A DNA stretch of 64,000 nucleotides from Nitrospirota bacterium (GCA_963737155.1 CAVTRN010000001.1:544001-608000), one strand, 5' to 3'; shown: positions 9,428-18,846, counted from the stretch's first letter. Made by a program: numbers and translations. The notes: generated by a model not told the origin, from the sequence alone.

Positions 9428-9613
9428 ATGACCATTTACTCTTTTCAGATGAACGAAGCAGGAGACCTTTATAACAGGCTCGCCAAACTGAAACCATCGG
9501 CGATCCTGGAAACAGCGCTTGGTCAACCACAGGATGCCGTCAACATTGCGGTGGAAGCGAAGAAAAGCCAGATCAGGATAGAGGTCCTGGCTCAAATACG
9601 GAACGCGAGATAG
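9428..9613 (+). CDS. Small hypothetical protein with D.V.I..EAKK motif
   Basis: 61 aa, GGAG SD, directly after the sigma28-like promoter. Confidence 0.6.
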   Translation: MTIYSFQMNEAGDLYNRLAKLKPSAILETALGQPQDAVNIAVEAKKSQIRIEVLAQIRNAR

Positions 9614-9644
9614 CATAGGCTTTCGCTTTAAGGATGGAATACAA

Positions 9645-10247
9645 GTGGTAGACAAAAAAGATTTCAAAATACTCGTCGCAGATGACGATGACATTGTACG
9701 TGACGTCATCGCCAGCCTTCTCTCCCGGGAAGGGTACTTCGTGGCCACTGTCGTGGACGGTCTTGAAGCCATCAACCGGCTCAGGATAGAGGACTTTCAT
9801 CTCGTCATCACCGACCACAAGATGCCCGGCGCGGACGGAATCGAAGTGCTCAAGTATGCCGTCCGGAGCAACTCCGATATAGCCGTTATCATCCTCACGG
9901 CCTACGGGACCCTCGATACAACCCTCGCAGCAATCACTGAAGGCGCCTTCGATTACCTGACCAAGCCATTCAAGACGCAGGAAATCACCATTCTCGCGCA
10001 GCGGGCCTTTCAACGGGCGCAGCTCATTGCAGATAATCATGAGCTCAAGAAGAACCTGCGCGAAACCTATCGCGACCTGGAGCTGCTCAAGAACGTTACT
10101 TTGAGCAACAACCCCGATGTGACTACGGGCTGGCTGGAACGCATCGAGAAGCTCAGAAATATGAATGTACTTCTCGCCCACGAGGCAGAGGTCTTGAAGG
10201 AAAGGCTGGTCAAAGGCAATGCAGCGTGGCAAGATACTCATCGTTGA
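9645..10247 (+). CDS. Response regulator receiver with coiled-coil and SHOCT-like C-terminus
   Basis: ILVADDD, LVITDHKMPG, ILTAYG, DYLTKPF; tail LERIEKLRNMNVL..EAEVLKERL. Confidence 0.85.
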   Translation: MVDKKDFKILVADDDDIVRDVIASLLSREGYFVATVVDGLEAINRLRIEDFHLVITDHKMPGADGIEVLKYAVRSNSDIAVIILTAYGTLDTTLAAITEGAFDYLTKPFKTQEITILAQRAFQRAQLIADNHELKKNLRETYRDLELLKNVTLSNNPDVTTGWLERIEKLRNMNVLLAHEAEVLKERLVKGNAAWQDTHR

Positions 10248-10788
10248 CGACGATCCGCTGATCCGGGACGTCCTCTCATCCATTTTTGAGATGACCGGGC
10301 ACTATGACACGGAAATCGCAGGCGACGGACTCGCTAGCATCGAAGAGCGGGATTCATACACCAAACAGCATTCGGAGCGGGTCACCGTCTATGCCCTCCG
10401 GTTCGGCGGCTACCTCCATGACATCGGGAAAATCGGCGTCCAAGACACGATCCTGCTCAAGCCCGAGGAGAAGAACGAAATCAACTTGCATCCAATCATC
10501 GGGGGGAATATAATAAAACCCTTGCAGTTCTTCCCGAAGGAACGTGAACTCATTCTGCATCATCATGAGCATTTTAACGGAAGCGGCTACCCTGATCGCC
10601 TTTCAGGATCGGCCATTCCTGTGGGTGCCCGGATACTCGCTGTTGCCGATGCCTATGACGCCATGACCTCGGTTCGCCCTTACCGTCGGGCTAGGCCGCA
10701 CGATCATGCGGTCATGGAACTTAAACGGTATTCACGGATTCAGTTTGACAGGGAAGTCGTCATGGCTTTTTTGCAAACACTGGCGTAA
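10219..10788 (+). CDS. HD-GYP phosphodiesterase family protein with truncated receiver and internal in-frame deletions (possibly degenerate)
   Basis: ILIVDDD start; HSERV, LHDIGKIG, HHEHFNGSGYP, RILAVADAYDAMTS.RPYR, QFD motifs; expected segments missing. Confidence 0.75.
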   Translation: MQRGKILIVDDDPLIRDVLSSIFEMTGHYDTEIAGDGLASIEERDSYTKQHSERVTVYALRFGGYLHDIGKIGVQDTILLKPEEKNEINLHPIIGGNIIKPLQFFPKERELILHHHEHFNGSGYPDRLSGSAIPVGARILAVADAYDAMTSVRPYRRARPHDHAVMELKRYSRIQFDREVVMAFLQTLA

Positions 10789-10805
10789 AGGAGGGGAAAA
10801 CTACA

Positions 10806-11576
10806 ATGAGTCTGAATCCGGGAGACCAGGTCAGCTTCCGCTTGTTGCCCGCAGCTAACCGCTATCACGCCACTATTCAGTCTACTGACGAACACAACCT
10901 CGTTCTCCGGCTCTCGGCCGACTCACCCGCCGTGATCAATCGAGGCCAGAACCTCATGATCAGCGAGTTGGATACCGATATCGATTATTACAGCCAAGTG
11001 ATTTCCTCGGACGGACGGGTCCTTCAGCTGAAGCGGCTCTGGACGGGTAAGCGCGGCTATTTCCGTGTAGACGACGTTTTTCCAGTCGCGCACCGGAAAG
11101 TGGATGACAACGACCTTCGGCGCATATGCAGGATTTTTTCCGGCTTCGGCGTCGAGACTGAGGAGATGGAAGTCCCCGATGAGACAATAAACCCGAAGCT
11201 CTGGAAGATGCTGACCGACATAAACGCCAAGCTCACGATGATTATCGAGCGCCAGAACCTTGAAAAGGAGGGGCTCAGCCGGGTCGAAAGCAGGCCGGTA
11301 AACATCAGCGCATCGGGAATCCGGTTCGCCCTTCCCAACCGCTTCAACATTGGAGATATCCTGGAACTCAAGATGCTGCTCCCCGTCTATCCGCCCATGG
11401 GAGTACTCGTCCATGGCACCGTAGTGCGAGTGGAAGAGCTGGATAACGGCAATTTCAGAATCTCGCTGAACTTTGACGATCTCGCTGAAGAAGTCCGCGA
11501 CACGATCATTCAATACACCCTGAAGCGCCAGCGGGAGCTCATTCGCCGGGAGCGCCAAGGGGACCGGAACGAATAA
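10806..11576 (+). CDS. PilZ-domain c-di-GMP receptor (flagellar-brake-like)
   Basis: RGYFR (RxxxR) and NISASG (D/NxSxxG); stop overlaps the motA start (TAATG). Confidence 0.85.
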   Translation: MSLNPGDQVSFRLLPAANRYHATIQSTDEHNLVLRLSADSPAVINRGQNLMISELDTDIDYYSQVISSDGRVLQLKRLWTGKRGYFRVDDVFPVAHRKVDDNDLRRICRIFSGFGVETEEMEVPDETINPKLWKMLTDINAKLTMIIERQNLEKEGLSRVESRPVNISASGIRFALPNRFNIGDILELKMLLPVYPPMGVLVHGTVVRVEELDNGNFRISLNFDDLAEEVRDTIIQYTLKRQRELIRRERQGDRNE

Positions 11577-12328
11577 TGGACCGTGCAAGCATTATAGGGC
11601 TGCTCCTTGGCTTCGCGGCGATCGTCGGCGGGAACCTGCTCGAGGGCGGCAGGATCGACTCGATCTTCCAACCGACAGCTGCCCTCATTGTCTTCGGGGG
11701 AACCACTGGCGCGACGCTGCTCAGCTACCCTTTTCGGGACATTCTGAAAGCCTTTGCCGCCCTCCGTAAGGTGCTATTCGTGAAACCGACGGATTCCCGG
11801 GCGCTGATCACCGACATCGTGCGGTTTTCGATCCTGGCGCGACGGAGCGGTTTCATCGCCGTCGAAACCGAAATCAGGAAACTCGACCACCCTTTTTTCC
11901 AGAAGACCTTGAGCCTCGCGATCGCCGGCATGCTCCCTAAACTTCTCGTCGATACCATGGAGCAGGACAGCATGACCTTTGAGGACGAGAACCGGAGGAT
12001 CGCCAAGGTCTTTGAAACAGCGGGCGGGTTTGCGCCGACCATTGGGATCCTGGGGGCAGTGCTCGGACTTATCCATGTCATGGAAAACCTCTCCGATCCC
12101 GCGAAGCTGGGGTCGGGCATTGCCGTTGCCTTTGTTGCGACCATCTACGGCGTGGGGTCGGCAAACCTGATATTGCTGCCGATCTCGCGGAAGCTCACCA
12201 ATCGGCTGAACCATGAACTTTCCCAGCGGGCAATGATACTCGAGGGTGTCGTCGGCATCCAGTCGGGCTTGAATCCGCACTATCTCGAAGAGAGGCTCAA
12301 GACCTTTATCGAGGGAGAGTCGGAATAA
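11576..12328 (+). CDS. motA: Flagellar stator A subunit, short MotC/PomA-like type
   Basis: AALIVFGGT.GATL, GGFAPTIGILGAVLGLIHVM, GIAVAFVATIYGVGSANL. Confidence 0.9.
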   Translation: MDRASIIGLLLGFAAIVGGNLLEGGRIDSIFQPTAALIVFGGTTGATLLSYPFRDILKAFAALRKVLFVKPTDSRALITDIVRFSILARRSGFIAVETEIRKLDHPFFQKTLSLAIAGMLPKLLVDTMEQDSMTFEDENRRIAKVFETAGGFAPTIGILGAVLGLIHVMENLSDPAKLGSGIAVAFVATIYGVGSANLILLPISRKLTNRLNHELSQRAMILEGVVGIQSGLNPHYLEERLKTFIEGESE

Positions 12329-12546
12329 TCGCGGACGAGGTCGGTTCATCTACGGGTTACGTCATCCTGGCTAGTTCGAAATCGTCCTTTTGTGTCTAAC
12401 GTGCCGCTATGATCCTGATAGCAGGAATAGCGGCTTCTAAAGAAGGCATCGGCACCGGTTTATTTTTATTCTGCCTGATCCGGCTTTTGAGCGTTCATCA
12501 GCGTCCCGGAAGCATTTGTTTATCTTGTTTTGATGGTGATTATCCC

Positions 12547-13236
12547 ATGAGCAAAAAGAGAAAACATGAAGAGCCTGAAAATACCGACCGCTGGGTGGTG
12601 TCGTACGCCGACTTCGTCACCCTGCTCTTCGCTTTTTTTACAACCATGTACGCTATAAGTCATGTGGATCTGGATAAACTCCAGCGTTTCTCCGGCTCCA
12701 TGAAATCGGCTTTTAAAGCGACGAGACAGGAAGGGGCTAACTCCACGGTCATCGATGGCATCAAACCCATCAACTATGCAGATGTCGGATTGGAGCGGGA
12801 CATTCAGGCCGAATTCAAAAAATTGGCTATGATAGACGCGATCACCGTGGAACGGGACCAGCGTGGCGTCATCATATCCATGCGAGACGATGTTCTTTTC
12901 GACACCGGCTCCGACGTCCTGAAGCAAAGCGCCCGTCCGATCCTCGCGATGATTGCGATGCTGATCAGAAATTCCCAGCGTGCGATCGTCGTGGAGGGGC
13001 ATACGGACAACATGCCTCTTCACAACTTGCGGTTTACGTCAAATCTCGAGTTGTCAACCGCCCGCGCCGCAAGCACCTATGCCTATTTGACGAGCGGGGA
13101 ATCGATCAGACCCGAACAAATGAGCGCTGCGGGGTATGGTGAATATCGCCCCATCGCATCAAACGCGACGCCCGAGGGAAGAGCTCGGAACAGGAGGGTA
13201 GATATACTCTTTGTCTCCAATAAGGATGGGATATAA
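12547..13236 (+). CDS. motB: Flagellar stator B subunit, MotD-like (start moved to MSKKRK)
   Basis: RWVVSYADFVTLLFAFF; OmpA-like VEGHTDN, NLELSTARA, RARNRRV; GGTGAT SD before 12547. Confidence 0.9.
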   Translation: MSKKRKHEEPENTDRWVVSYADFVTLLFAFFTTMYAISHVDLDKLQRFSGSMKSAFKATRQEGANSTVIDGIKPINYADVGLERDIQAEFKKLAMIDAITVERDQRGVIISMRDDVLFDTGSDVLKQSARPILAMIAMLIRNSQRAIVVEGHTDNMPLHNLRFTSNLELSTARAASTYAYLTSGESIRPEQMSAAGYGEYRPIASNATPEGRARNRRVDILFVSNKDGI

Positions 13237-14701
13237 AATACTTTTTGCTGAGAGCAACGAGGCAAACCGAGAACGCCTAACCACGGCTTTCGGACAGTGC
13301 GGCATGTCCGCGCACCTCGAATTTGCTTCTTCTCCGGAAGCGGTTTTCGAAGTCATGAAAAGGGAGGCCTTCGATGTGCTCTTCTTCAACCAGGCCCAGT
13401 TCGGCCTGGACGCCTTAGAAGTCGTAAACCGTCTTCGGTCCCTGCAGCGAGAGACGCCCGTGATCATGATGTCACAGCAGACAAACGGCGACGCCGTGCT
13501 GCGTGCTTTGCAGGACGGAGCTGCGGACTGCGTATCAGCCGAGCCCGATGCTTTCGACAATTATCCCATTGTCGCCGGGCGTGTGATTACCCGCTTCGAG
13601 GCGGCCCATGAGAATACCGAACGATCTCGGGCGATCATGAGCAGCCGAAAACAGTGGATGTCGCTCATCGACGCCATTACGGATTACATATTCGTTTTGG
13701 ACGAAGAGCAGGCCCTGGTCAAGGTAAACCGAACCTTTGCTTCAGCCATTGGCAGGCATCCGCGGGAACTCGTCGGTAAACGGATCAAGGACGTCTTCGG
13801 CCTAGAAAACCCAAGCCCGGAGATTCTTCGCTCCGTCCTGAACGAAGGCACCCCCCGGATCTATGAAAAAAAAATCGGCGAAGAGATTTATCAGATAAGC
13901 ATCTTCCCGCTCCAGGAGGAAAATCGGGTCCTCACGGTTCATTTGATGAAAAACATTACCGAGGTCAGAAGGCTTAAGGATCAATTGTACAATGCCGACA
14001 AGCTGGCATCCATCGGCTTGTTAGTGTCCGGCGTTGCACACGAGATCAACAATCCCCTCACCGGCACGATTGCCTACACAGAACTCCTTGCCATGAAAGT
14101 CACTGATGAGGGGGTCCTTGCCGAGCTGAAAAAAATTCTTGATAGCGCCGAACGGTGCAAAAAGATAGTCAATAATCTCCTGACCTTCTCCCGGCAACGC
14201 ATGCCGTCTAAAAGCCTCGAATCCATCAACGACATCATTGACCGGGCCATCGATCTCCGGATCTATTGGCTCAAATCAAACAACATCGAGATCGTTCGCG
14301 AGTACGACCCCGTTGCAACGGTGCTTGTCGATGCACAGCAAATCCAGCAGGTCATGCTAAATCTGCTTCTGAACGCCGAACAGGCCCTCGTGAACACCGG
14401 TCGGGCGAACCCGAGGATACGGTTCGTGACCCGATCTGACAAGGCAAATCACCGGCTCGTGATTGAGGTGATCGACAACGGACCCGGCATACCAAGCAGT
14501 GTTGCCTCAAAAATTTTCGATCCCTTCTTCTCCACGAAGTCGGTGGGCATCGGCACCGGACTAGGTCTTTCGATATCGCACGGGATCATCGCTGAGCATG
14601 GCGGAGCCATTCGTTTTGAGAATGCCGAAGGGGGGGGAGCGGCGTTTATCATTGAACTCCCCACCGGAACCGGCGCGCACACGGAAGCGGCAAACAACTA
14701 G
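13226..14701 (+). CDS. Sensor histidine kinase: degenerate receiver-PAS-HisKA-HATPase
   Basis: GVAHEINNP, QQVMLNLLLNA, DNGPGI, FDPFFSTK, GTGLGLSI; PAS-like IDAITD.IFVLD. Confidence 0.88.
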   Translation: MGYKILFAESNEANRERLTTAFGQCGMSAHLEFASSPEAVFEVMKREAFDVLFFNQAQFGLDALEVVNRLRSLQRETPVIMMSQQTNGDAVLRALQDGAADCVSAEPDAFDNYPIVAGRVITRFEAAHENTERSRAIMSSRKQWMSLIDAITDYIFVLDEEQALVKVNRTFASAIGRHPRELVGKRIKDVFGLENPSPEILRSVLNEGTPRIYEKKIGEEIYQISIFPLQEENRVLTVHLMKNITEVRRLKDQLYNADKLASIGLLVSGVAHEINNPLTGTIAYTELLAMKVTDEGVLAELKKILDSAERCKKIVNNLLTFSRQRMPSKSLESINDIIDRAIDLRIYWLKSNNIEIVREYDPVATVLVDAQQIQQVMLNLLLNAEQALVNTGRANPRIRFVTRSDKANHRLVIEVIDNGPGIPSSVASKIFDPFFSTKSVGIGTGLGLSISHGIIAEHGGAIRFENAEGGGAAFIIELPTGTGAHTEAANN

Positions 14702-14724
14702 GGAAAGCGGGTAGACAGAACTCT

Positions 14725-15582
14725 ATGTTTCCAATCATCGGTGCGGTTGTGCTTTTGGGCTGTATCATCAGCGGCTATCTCATGGAAGAGGGGAATCTCC
14801 ATGTCCTGTTCCAGCCGGCGGAACTCATTATTATCGGCGGAGCGGCCGTTGGTGCTTTCATTATCTCCTCGACACCGCGGGTCTTCGGTCTTGTTTTAAA
14901 AGGGTTGGCCTCGGTACTCGGCGGGAAACCCCAGAGCAAGGCAACATATCTGGAACTCCTGTCTCTCCTTTACCAGCTTTTTTCCAAGATCAGGAAGGAA
15001 GGGCTTATTTCCATTGAATCTGATATTGAAACCCCCGATCAAAGCTCTATCTTCCGCAAGTACCCAAGCGTATTATCAAACCACCACGTGCTCAGCTTTA
15101 TCTGCGACAACCTGAAGGTGATCATCACTGCGAACGTGCCCCCCCACGAGTTAGACAACCTAATGGAAATCGAGATCGACACTCATCATCATCAGGCCTT
15201 GATCCCCGCGCACAGCATCTCAAAGATTGCCGACGGGCTCCCAGCGCTCGGTATCGTTGCGGCCGTACTCGGCGTGGTGCTCACCATGGGAAAAATCTCG
15301 GAACCGCCTGCCGTACTCGGCCACTCGATCGGCGCGGCCCTCGTCGGCACCTTTCTCGGCGTGCTGCTGTCGTACGGCTTCGTCGGTCCCATTGCCACTA
15401 ACCTGGAAAGCAAGGCCGAAGAGGGCGGGGCGCCCCTGCATGTTATCAGGGTGGCCCTCGTTGCATTCATCGGCGGCTCGGCGCCACAGATGGCTGTGGA
15501 GTTCGGGAGACGGGCGGTGCCGGACAGGGAAAAACCGACGTTCAATGAACTGGAGAGCATGGTGCGAGGCAAGGCCAAGTAG
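14725..15582 (+). CDS. motA: Flagellar stator MotA, long enteric-like type
   Basis: QPAELIIIGGAA, DGLPALGIVAAVLGVV, IGAALVGTFLGVLLSYGFVGP, AVEFGRR. Confidence 0.93.
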   Translation: MFPIIGAVVLLGCIISGYLMEEGNLHVLFQPAELIIIGGAAVGAFIISSTPRVFGLVLKGLASVLGGKPQSKATYLELLSLLYQLFSKIRKEGLISIESDIETPDQSSIFRKYPSVLSNHHVLSFICDNLKVIITANVPPHELDNLMEIEIDTHHHQALIPAHSISKIADGLPALGIVAAVLGVVLTMGKISEPPAVLGHSIGAALVGTFLGVLLSYGFVGPIATNLESKAEEGGAPLHVIRVALVAFIGGSAPQMAVEFGRRAVPDREKPTFNELESMVRGKAK

Positions 15583-15617
15583 CTTCCACTCCACGAGAGG
15601 AAGAGGAGTACTATCAG

Positions 15618-16409
15618 ATGACGGACCAAAAATCAAGGCTTATCATTAAAAAAGTCAAGAAGGTGACTGTCGGCGGAGCGCACGGTGGAAGTTGGAAAGT
15701 CGCTTATGCTGATTTCGTTACCGCCATGATGGCTTTCTTCCTGCTGCTCTGGCTCCTTTCTATGGTAGCTCCAGAGAAGCGGGCCCGCCTTTCAGCCTAT
15801 TTCAAGAATTTCAGTATTTTTGAAAAGAGCGGCACCTCGTTCATGCAACAATCGAGCGAAGTGTTTAACGAGGTCGGAGAATCCGGGCAGAAGGTCCCAC
15901 AGGAAATGATAGGCCAACACGCGATGAAGCCGGAGCAGTTCAAGGAAGCGGTTAAAAACGCAATTGAATCTAAACTGAACGACATCAAAGACCAGATCAT
16001 TGTCGATGTTTTCGAAGGCGGGGTCCGGATTCAGCTCGTGGACAAAGCTGGCAAACCCATGTTTGACCTAGGTTCGTCCAAGCCGACACCTCTTGCCCAA
16101 CGGATCATGGCAGTTCTTGGCGAGCAGATCAAGCCTCTTCCCAATACCGTTTCCGTTGAAGGGCATACCGATTCCCTTGCCTACAAATCATCGATCTACG
16201 GAAACTGGGAACTCTCGACCGAACGCGCTCTTTCCGCGAAAAAGCAGCTGGAATCCTACGGCCTGAACCCAAACCGCCTAATCCGCGTCGCCGGCTATGC
16301 CGACACCGTACCCTTAGTCAAAGAGGACCCTGAAGACCCCCGCAACCGGCGCATCAGCATCATCCTGCTCTTTCCCCAAGCACCCGCTCAACCGATCCAG
16401 CTCAAGTAG
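15618..16409 (+). CDS. motB: Flagellar stator MotB
   Basis: HGGSWKVAYADFVTAMMAFFLLLWL; EGHTDS, NWELSTERA, RNRRISI. Confidence 0.93.
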   Translation: MTDQKSRLIIKKVKKVTVGGAHGGSWKVAYADFVTAMMAFFLLLWLLSMVAPEKRARLSAYFKNFSIFEKSGTSFMQQSSEVFNEVGESGQKVPQEMIGQHAMKPEQFKEAVKNAIESKLNDIKDQIIVDVFEGGVRIQLVDKAGKPMFDLGSSKPTPLAQRIMAVLGEQIKPLPNTVSVEGHTDSLAYKSSIYGNWELSTERALSAKKQLESYGLNPNRLIRVAGYADTVPLVKEDPEDPRNRRISIILLFPQAPAQPIQLK

Positions 16410-16544
16410 CTCCGCAATGCCTCGCCAGCGGCAGCAGTTTCTCCTTCGCATTCCCGAACCGCTTAATTCGATCACCGATATGCATCCGCTCGCATAACGC
16501 ATGAAAAAGAAAATGAGAAGATTTACAGGGGCAGGGTGTTGGTA

Positions 16545-17090
16545 TTAAGGCAGCTGTTTTGTTGCGAACTCCGTCATGCTCCTCGTCAGGGATGCCGCCT
16601 TGTTCGGCGCCATGGCAGCGATGATTGCCCCCGCTTTTTTGCTCTTCATGCGCGTCATGATCTGCAGCTCCGTCGTATCATCGAGCGCGGACAACCGCGC
16701 CGCGGCATCCTCGGCTGTCATGACCTCATAATCCTTTACCACGCTCTCAATTTTTTCATCCTTGATTACTTCAACTTTCTTGAGAATCAATTCAATCTGC
16801 GCAAGCAGTTTGGTGTACGTCGCGATTTTTTCGTCTACGTCTTTCTGGAGGGCGTTCAGCCGCGCTTCGTTGCGTTTGAGGGACTCTTCTTTCTCTTTAA
16901 GTTCGAGGCTCTTGTTCTCCACAAACTTAGCCATATCATCCTGGGCCGCAGCCGTGGATATCAGGGAAGCAAAGACAATGGCCAGATACAAAAAAACAGT
17001 CCCAAGTTTCTTCATGATCGCCGGCAATCTGACTTCAGCCGTTTGAGCCGGATCTTCCATCATCCAACGCCTTTTCTCCAATTCTCTCAT
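16545..17090 (-). CDS. MotE/YlxF (FlbB)-like flagellar protein
   Basis: N-terminal hydrophobic segment, coiled coil, VK.YE.M..EDAA..L, MKSKKAGAIIAAM.P.KAA.LT; follows fliJ. Confidence 0.75.
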   Translation of the reverse strand: MRELEKRRWMMEDPAQTAEVRLPAIMKKLGTVFLYLAIVFASLISTAAAQDDMAKFVENKSLELKEKEESLKRNEARLNALQKDVDEKIATYTKLLAQIELILKKVEVIKDEKIESVVKDYEVMTAEDAAARLSALDDTTELQIMTRMKSKKAGAIIAAMAPNKAASLTRSMTEFATKQLP

Positions 17091-17530
17091 TCCTTCGCCT
17101 TTCTTGTGAGAAACTGGTAATCCGCTTCTTTCTGCTCCTTCTGCGCAAATTCTTTAACCTGTTCCTGATGCATCTTATCCTGCAATATTTCGAAGAGACG
17201 CTGCTCCTTGTAAGCGGCCACCATGGCGTTCTGTTTTTCCTCAAGCCCTGCTGTGCGGCTGGAGATAATGCACTTCTGATGCTCGATTTGTTTATTCAGA
17301 TGCATCAAATAGGTGTAGAAAAGATCCATTTCCTGAACAGGCAGCGTTCCCGCCGTCTGACGGGAGGAAAAATCGTCGCTCGTGCCCAGATATTCGCGTT
17401 CCATCCCGGACAGCTTTTTTTCTTCAGCGTTTAGACGTGCTCTTGCCTTCTTGACTTCTGCCTCCATCTGCTCCGTGTTGAACTCCTTAATTTCGATAAT
17501 TTTCGCCACGGTCTTCTGCTGTTTTGTCAT
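17087..17530 (-). CDS. fliJ: Flagellar export protein FliJ
   Basis: 147-aa coiled coil after fliI with C-terminal EQKEAD. Confidence 0.82.
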   Translation of the reverse strand: MTKQQKTVAKIIEIKEFNTEQMEAEVKKARARLNAEEKKLSGMEREYLGTSDDFSSRQTAGTLPVQEMDLFYTYLMHLNKQIEHQKCIISSRTAGLEEKQNAMVAAYKEQRLFEILQDKMHQEQVKEFAQKEQKEADYQFLTRKAKE

Positions 17531-18846
17531 GCCTTGACCCCTGCATTCTCAAACAGAAAATAGAGCCCCTGCAGACTGTCGGCGAAATCACGCCGCTCTT
17601 GCATTCCCTGTTTGAGATAGTTCCGGAACTTGTCAATCATACTGACTGCATAATCGACCTTGGGGTTTGTCCCTTCCTTATAAGCTCCCAGGTTGATCAT
17701 ATCCTCAACTTTCTTGTAGGCAGCCATGGTCTCGATAAATTTTGACGCGAATTCCTTGTGCTTTGCATCGACAATATCGGGCATGAGCCTGCTGATACTT
17801 TGCAGCACATCGATCGCCGGATAGTGGCTTTCCATCGCGAGTTCCCGCGACAACACGATATGGCCGTCCAGAATAGCCCGGGCCGAATCGGCGACGGGGT
17901 CCGACAGGTCATCGCCTTCCACAAGCACCGTGTAAAGGCCGGTGATGCTACCACTTCCCTCGGAGGTCCCGACCCGTTCAAGCAGTTTCGGCAGGAGAGC
18001 GAACACCGAGGGCGTGTAGCCCTTTGCCGTAGGCGGTTCGCCTGTGGCAAGGCCGATTTCACGCTGCGCCATGGCAACACGGGTAAGGGAGTCCATCATC
18101 AGGAGCACATCACTGCCGCGGTCGCGAAAGAACTCAGCGACGGCGGTCGCCACGAGCGCCCCCCGGACTTTCGCCAAGGGAGGCTGCTCAGAGGTGGACA
18201 CGATGACAATGGATTTCTTGATCCCCTCCTCGCCGAGGTCCTTTTCGATGAACTCGCGCACTTCCCGTCCACGCTCGCCGATCAAGGCGATCACGTTTAC
18301 TTGCGCCGCGGTATACCGCGCCATCATGCCGAGCAGAACGCTCTTGCCTACGCCTGAACCGGCCATGATGCCGATGCGTTGTCCCTTGCCGCAAGTGAGC
18401 AGGCCGTTGATTGATCGGATGCCGAGATCTATAGGGTCCTTGATCCGCCGCCGTTTCAGTGGATGGGGCGTGGTTGAATACAGGGGATACTCGCTCCCCG
18501 TAATCGGCCCTTTCCCGTCAATGGGCTCGCCCCTGTCGTTGATTACGCGGCCGATCAGGGCCGGTGAGACGCATACAGTGACTTTCTTGCCAATGGGAAA
18601 GACCCTGCTGCCGGATTTGATGCCGGAGAGGTCGCCAATGGCCATGAGCAGCACCCTGCCGTCCCGGAACCCTACGACTTCCGCTTCCAGTTCCATATTC
18701 TCGGAGAGAATGCGGCACGATTCACCGATGCTCACCTTCATACCCGTCGCCTTGACGATGATGCCCGTGATTTCAATCACCCTGCCGTACACCTTCATCG
18801 GCTCGGCTTCGGCAACTACGTTGATATAGGGAGAGAGGTCAATCAT
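17527..18846 (-). CDS. fliI: Flagellum-specific ATPase FliI
   Basis: AGSGVGKS Walker A, IGERGREV, LLMMDSLTR, GEPPTAKGYTPS, ILDGHIVLSR. Confidence 0.97.
   Translation of the reverse strand: MIDLSPYINVVAEAEPMKVYGRVIEITGIIVKATGMKVSIGESCRILSENMELEAEVVGFRDGRVLLMAIGDLSGIKSGSRVFPIGKKVTVCVSPALIGRVINDRGEPIDGKGPITGSEYPLYSTTPHPLKRRRIKDPIDLGIRSINGLLTCGKGQRIGIMAGSGVGKSVLLGMMARYTAAQVNVIALIGERGREVREFIEKDLGEEGIKKSIVIVSTSEQPPLAKVRGALVATAVAEFFRDRGSDVLLMMDSLTRVAMAQREIGLATGEPPTAKGYTPSVFALLPKLLERVGTSEGSGSITGLYTVLVEGDDLSDPVADSARAILDGHIVLSRELAMESHYPAIDVLQSISRLMPDIVDAKHKEFASKFIETMAAYKKVEDMINLGAYKEGTNPKVDYAVSMIDKFRNYLKQGMQERRDFADSLQGLYFLFENAGVKA

Noticed and set aside
9077-9775. 232-aa minus-strand ORF upstream of flagellin
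   Set aside because: Spans both sigma28 promoters and overlaps better-supported plus-strand genes
12409-12546. Longest-ORF N-terminal extensions of motB1 (likewise fleR-like, fliH, fliK, flgA, flgH, HEAT)
   Set aside because: Downstream starts have SDs or family-typical N-termini, and several extensions overlap promoters
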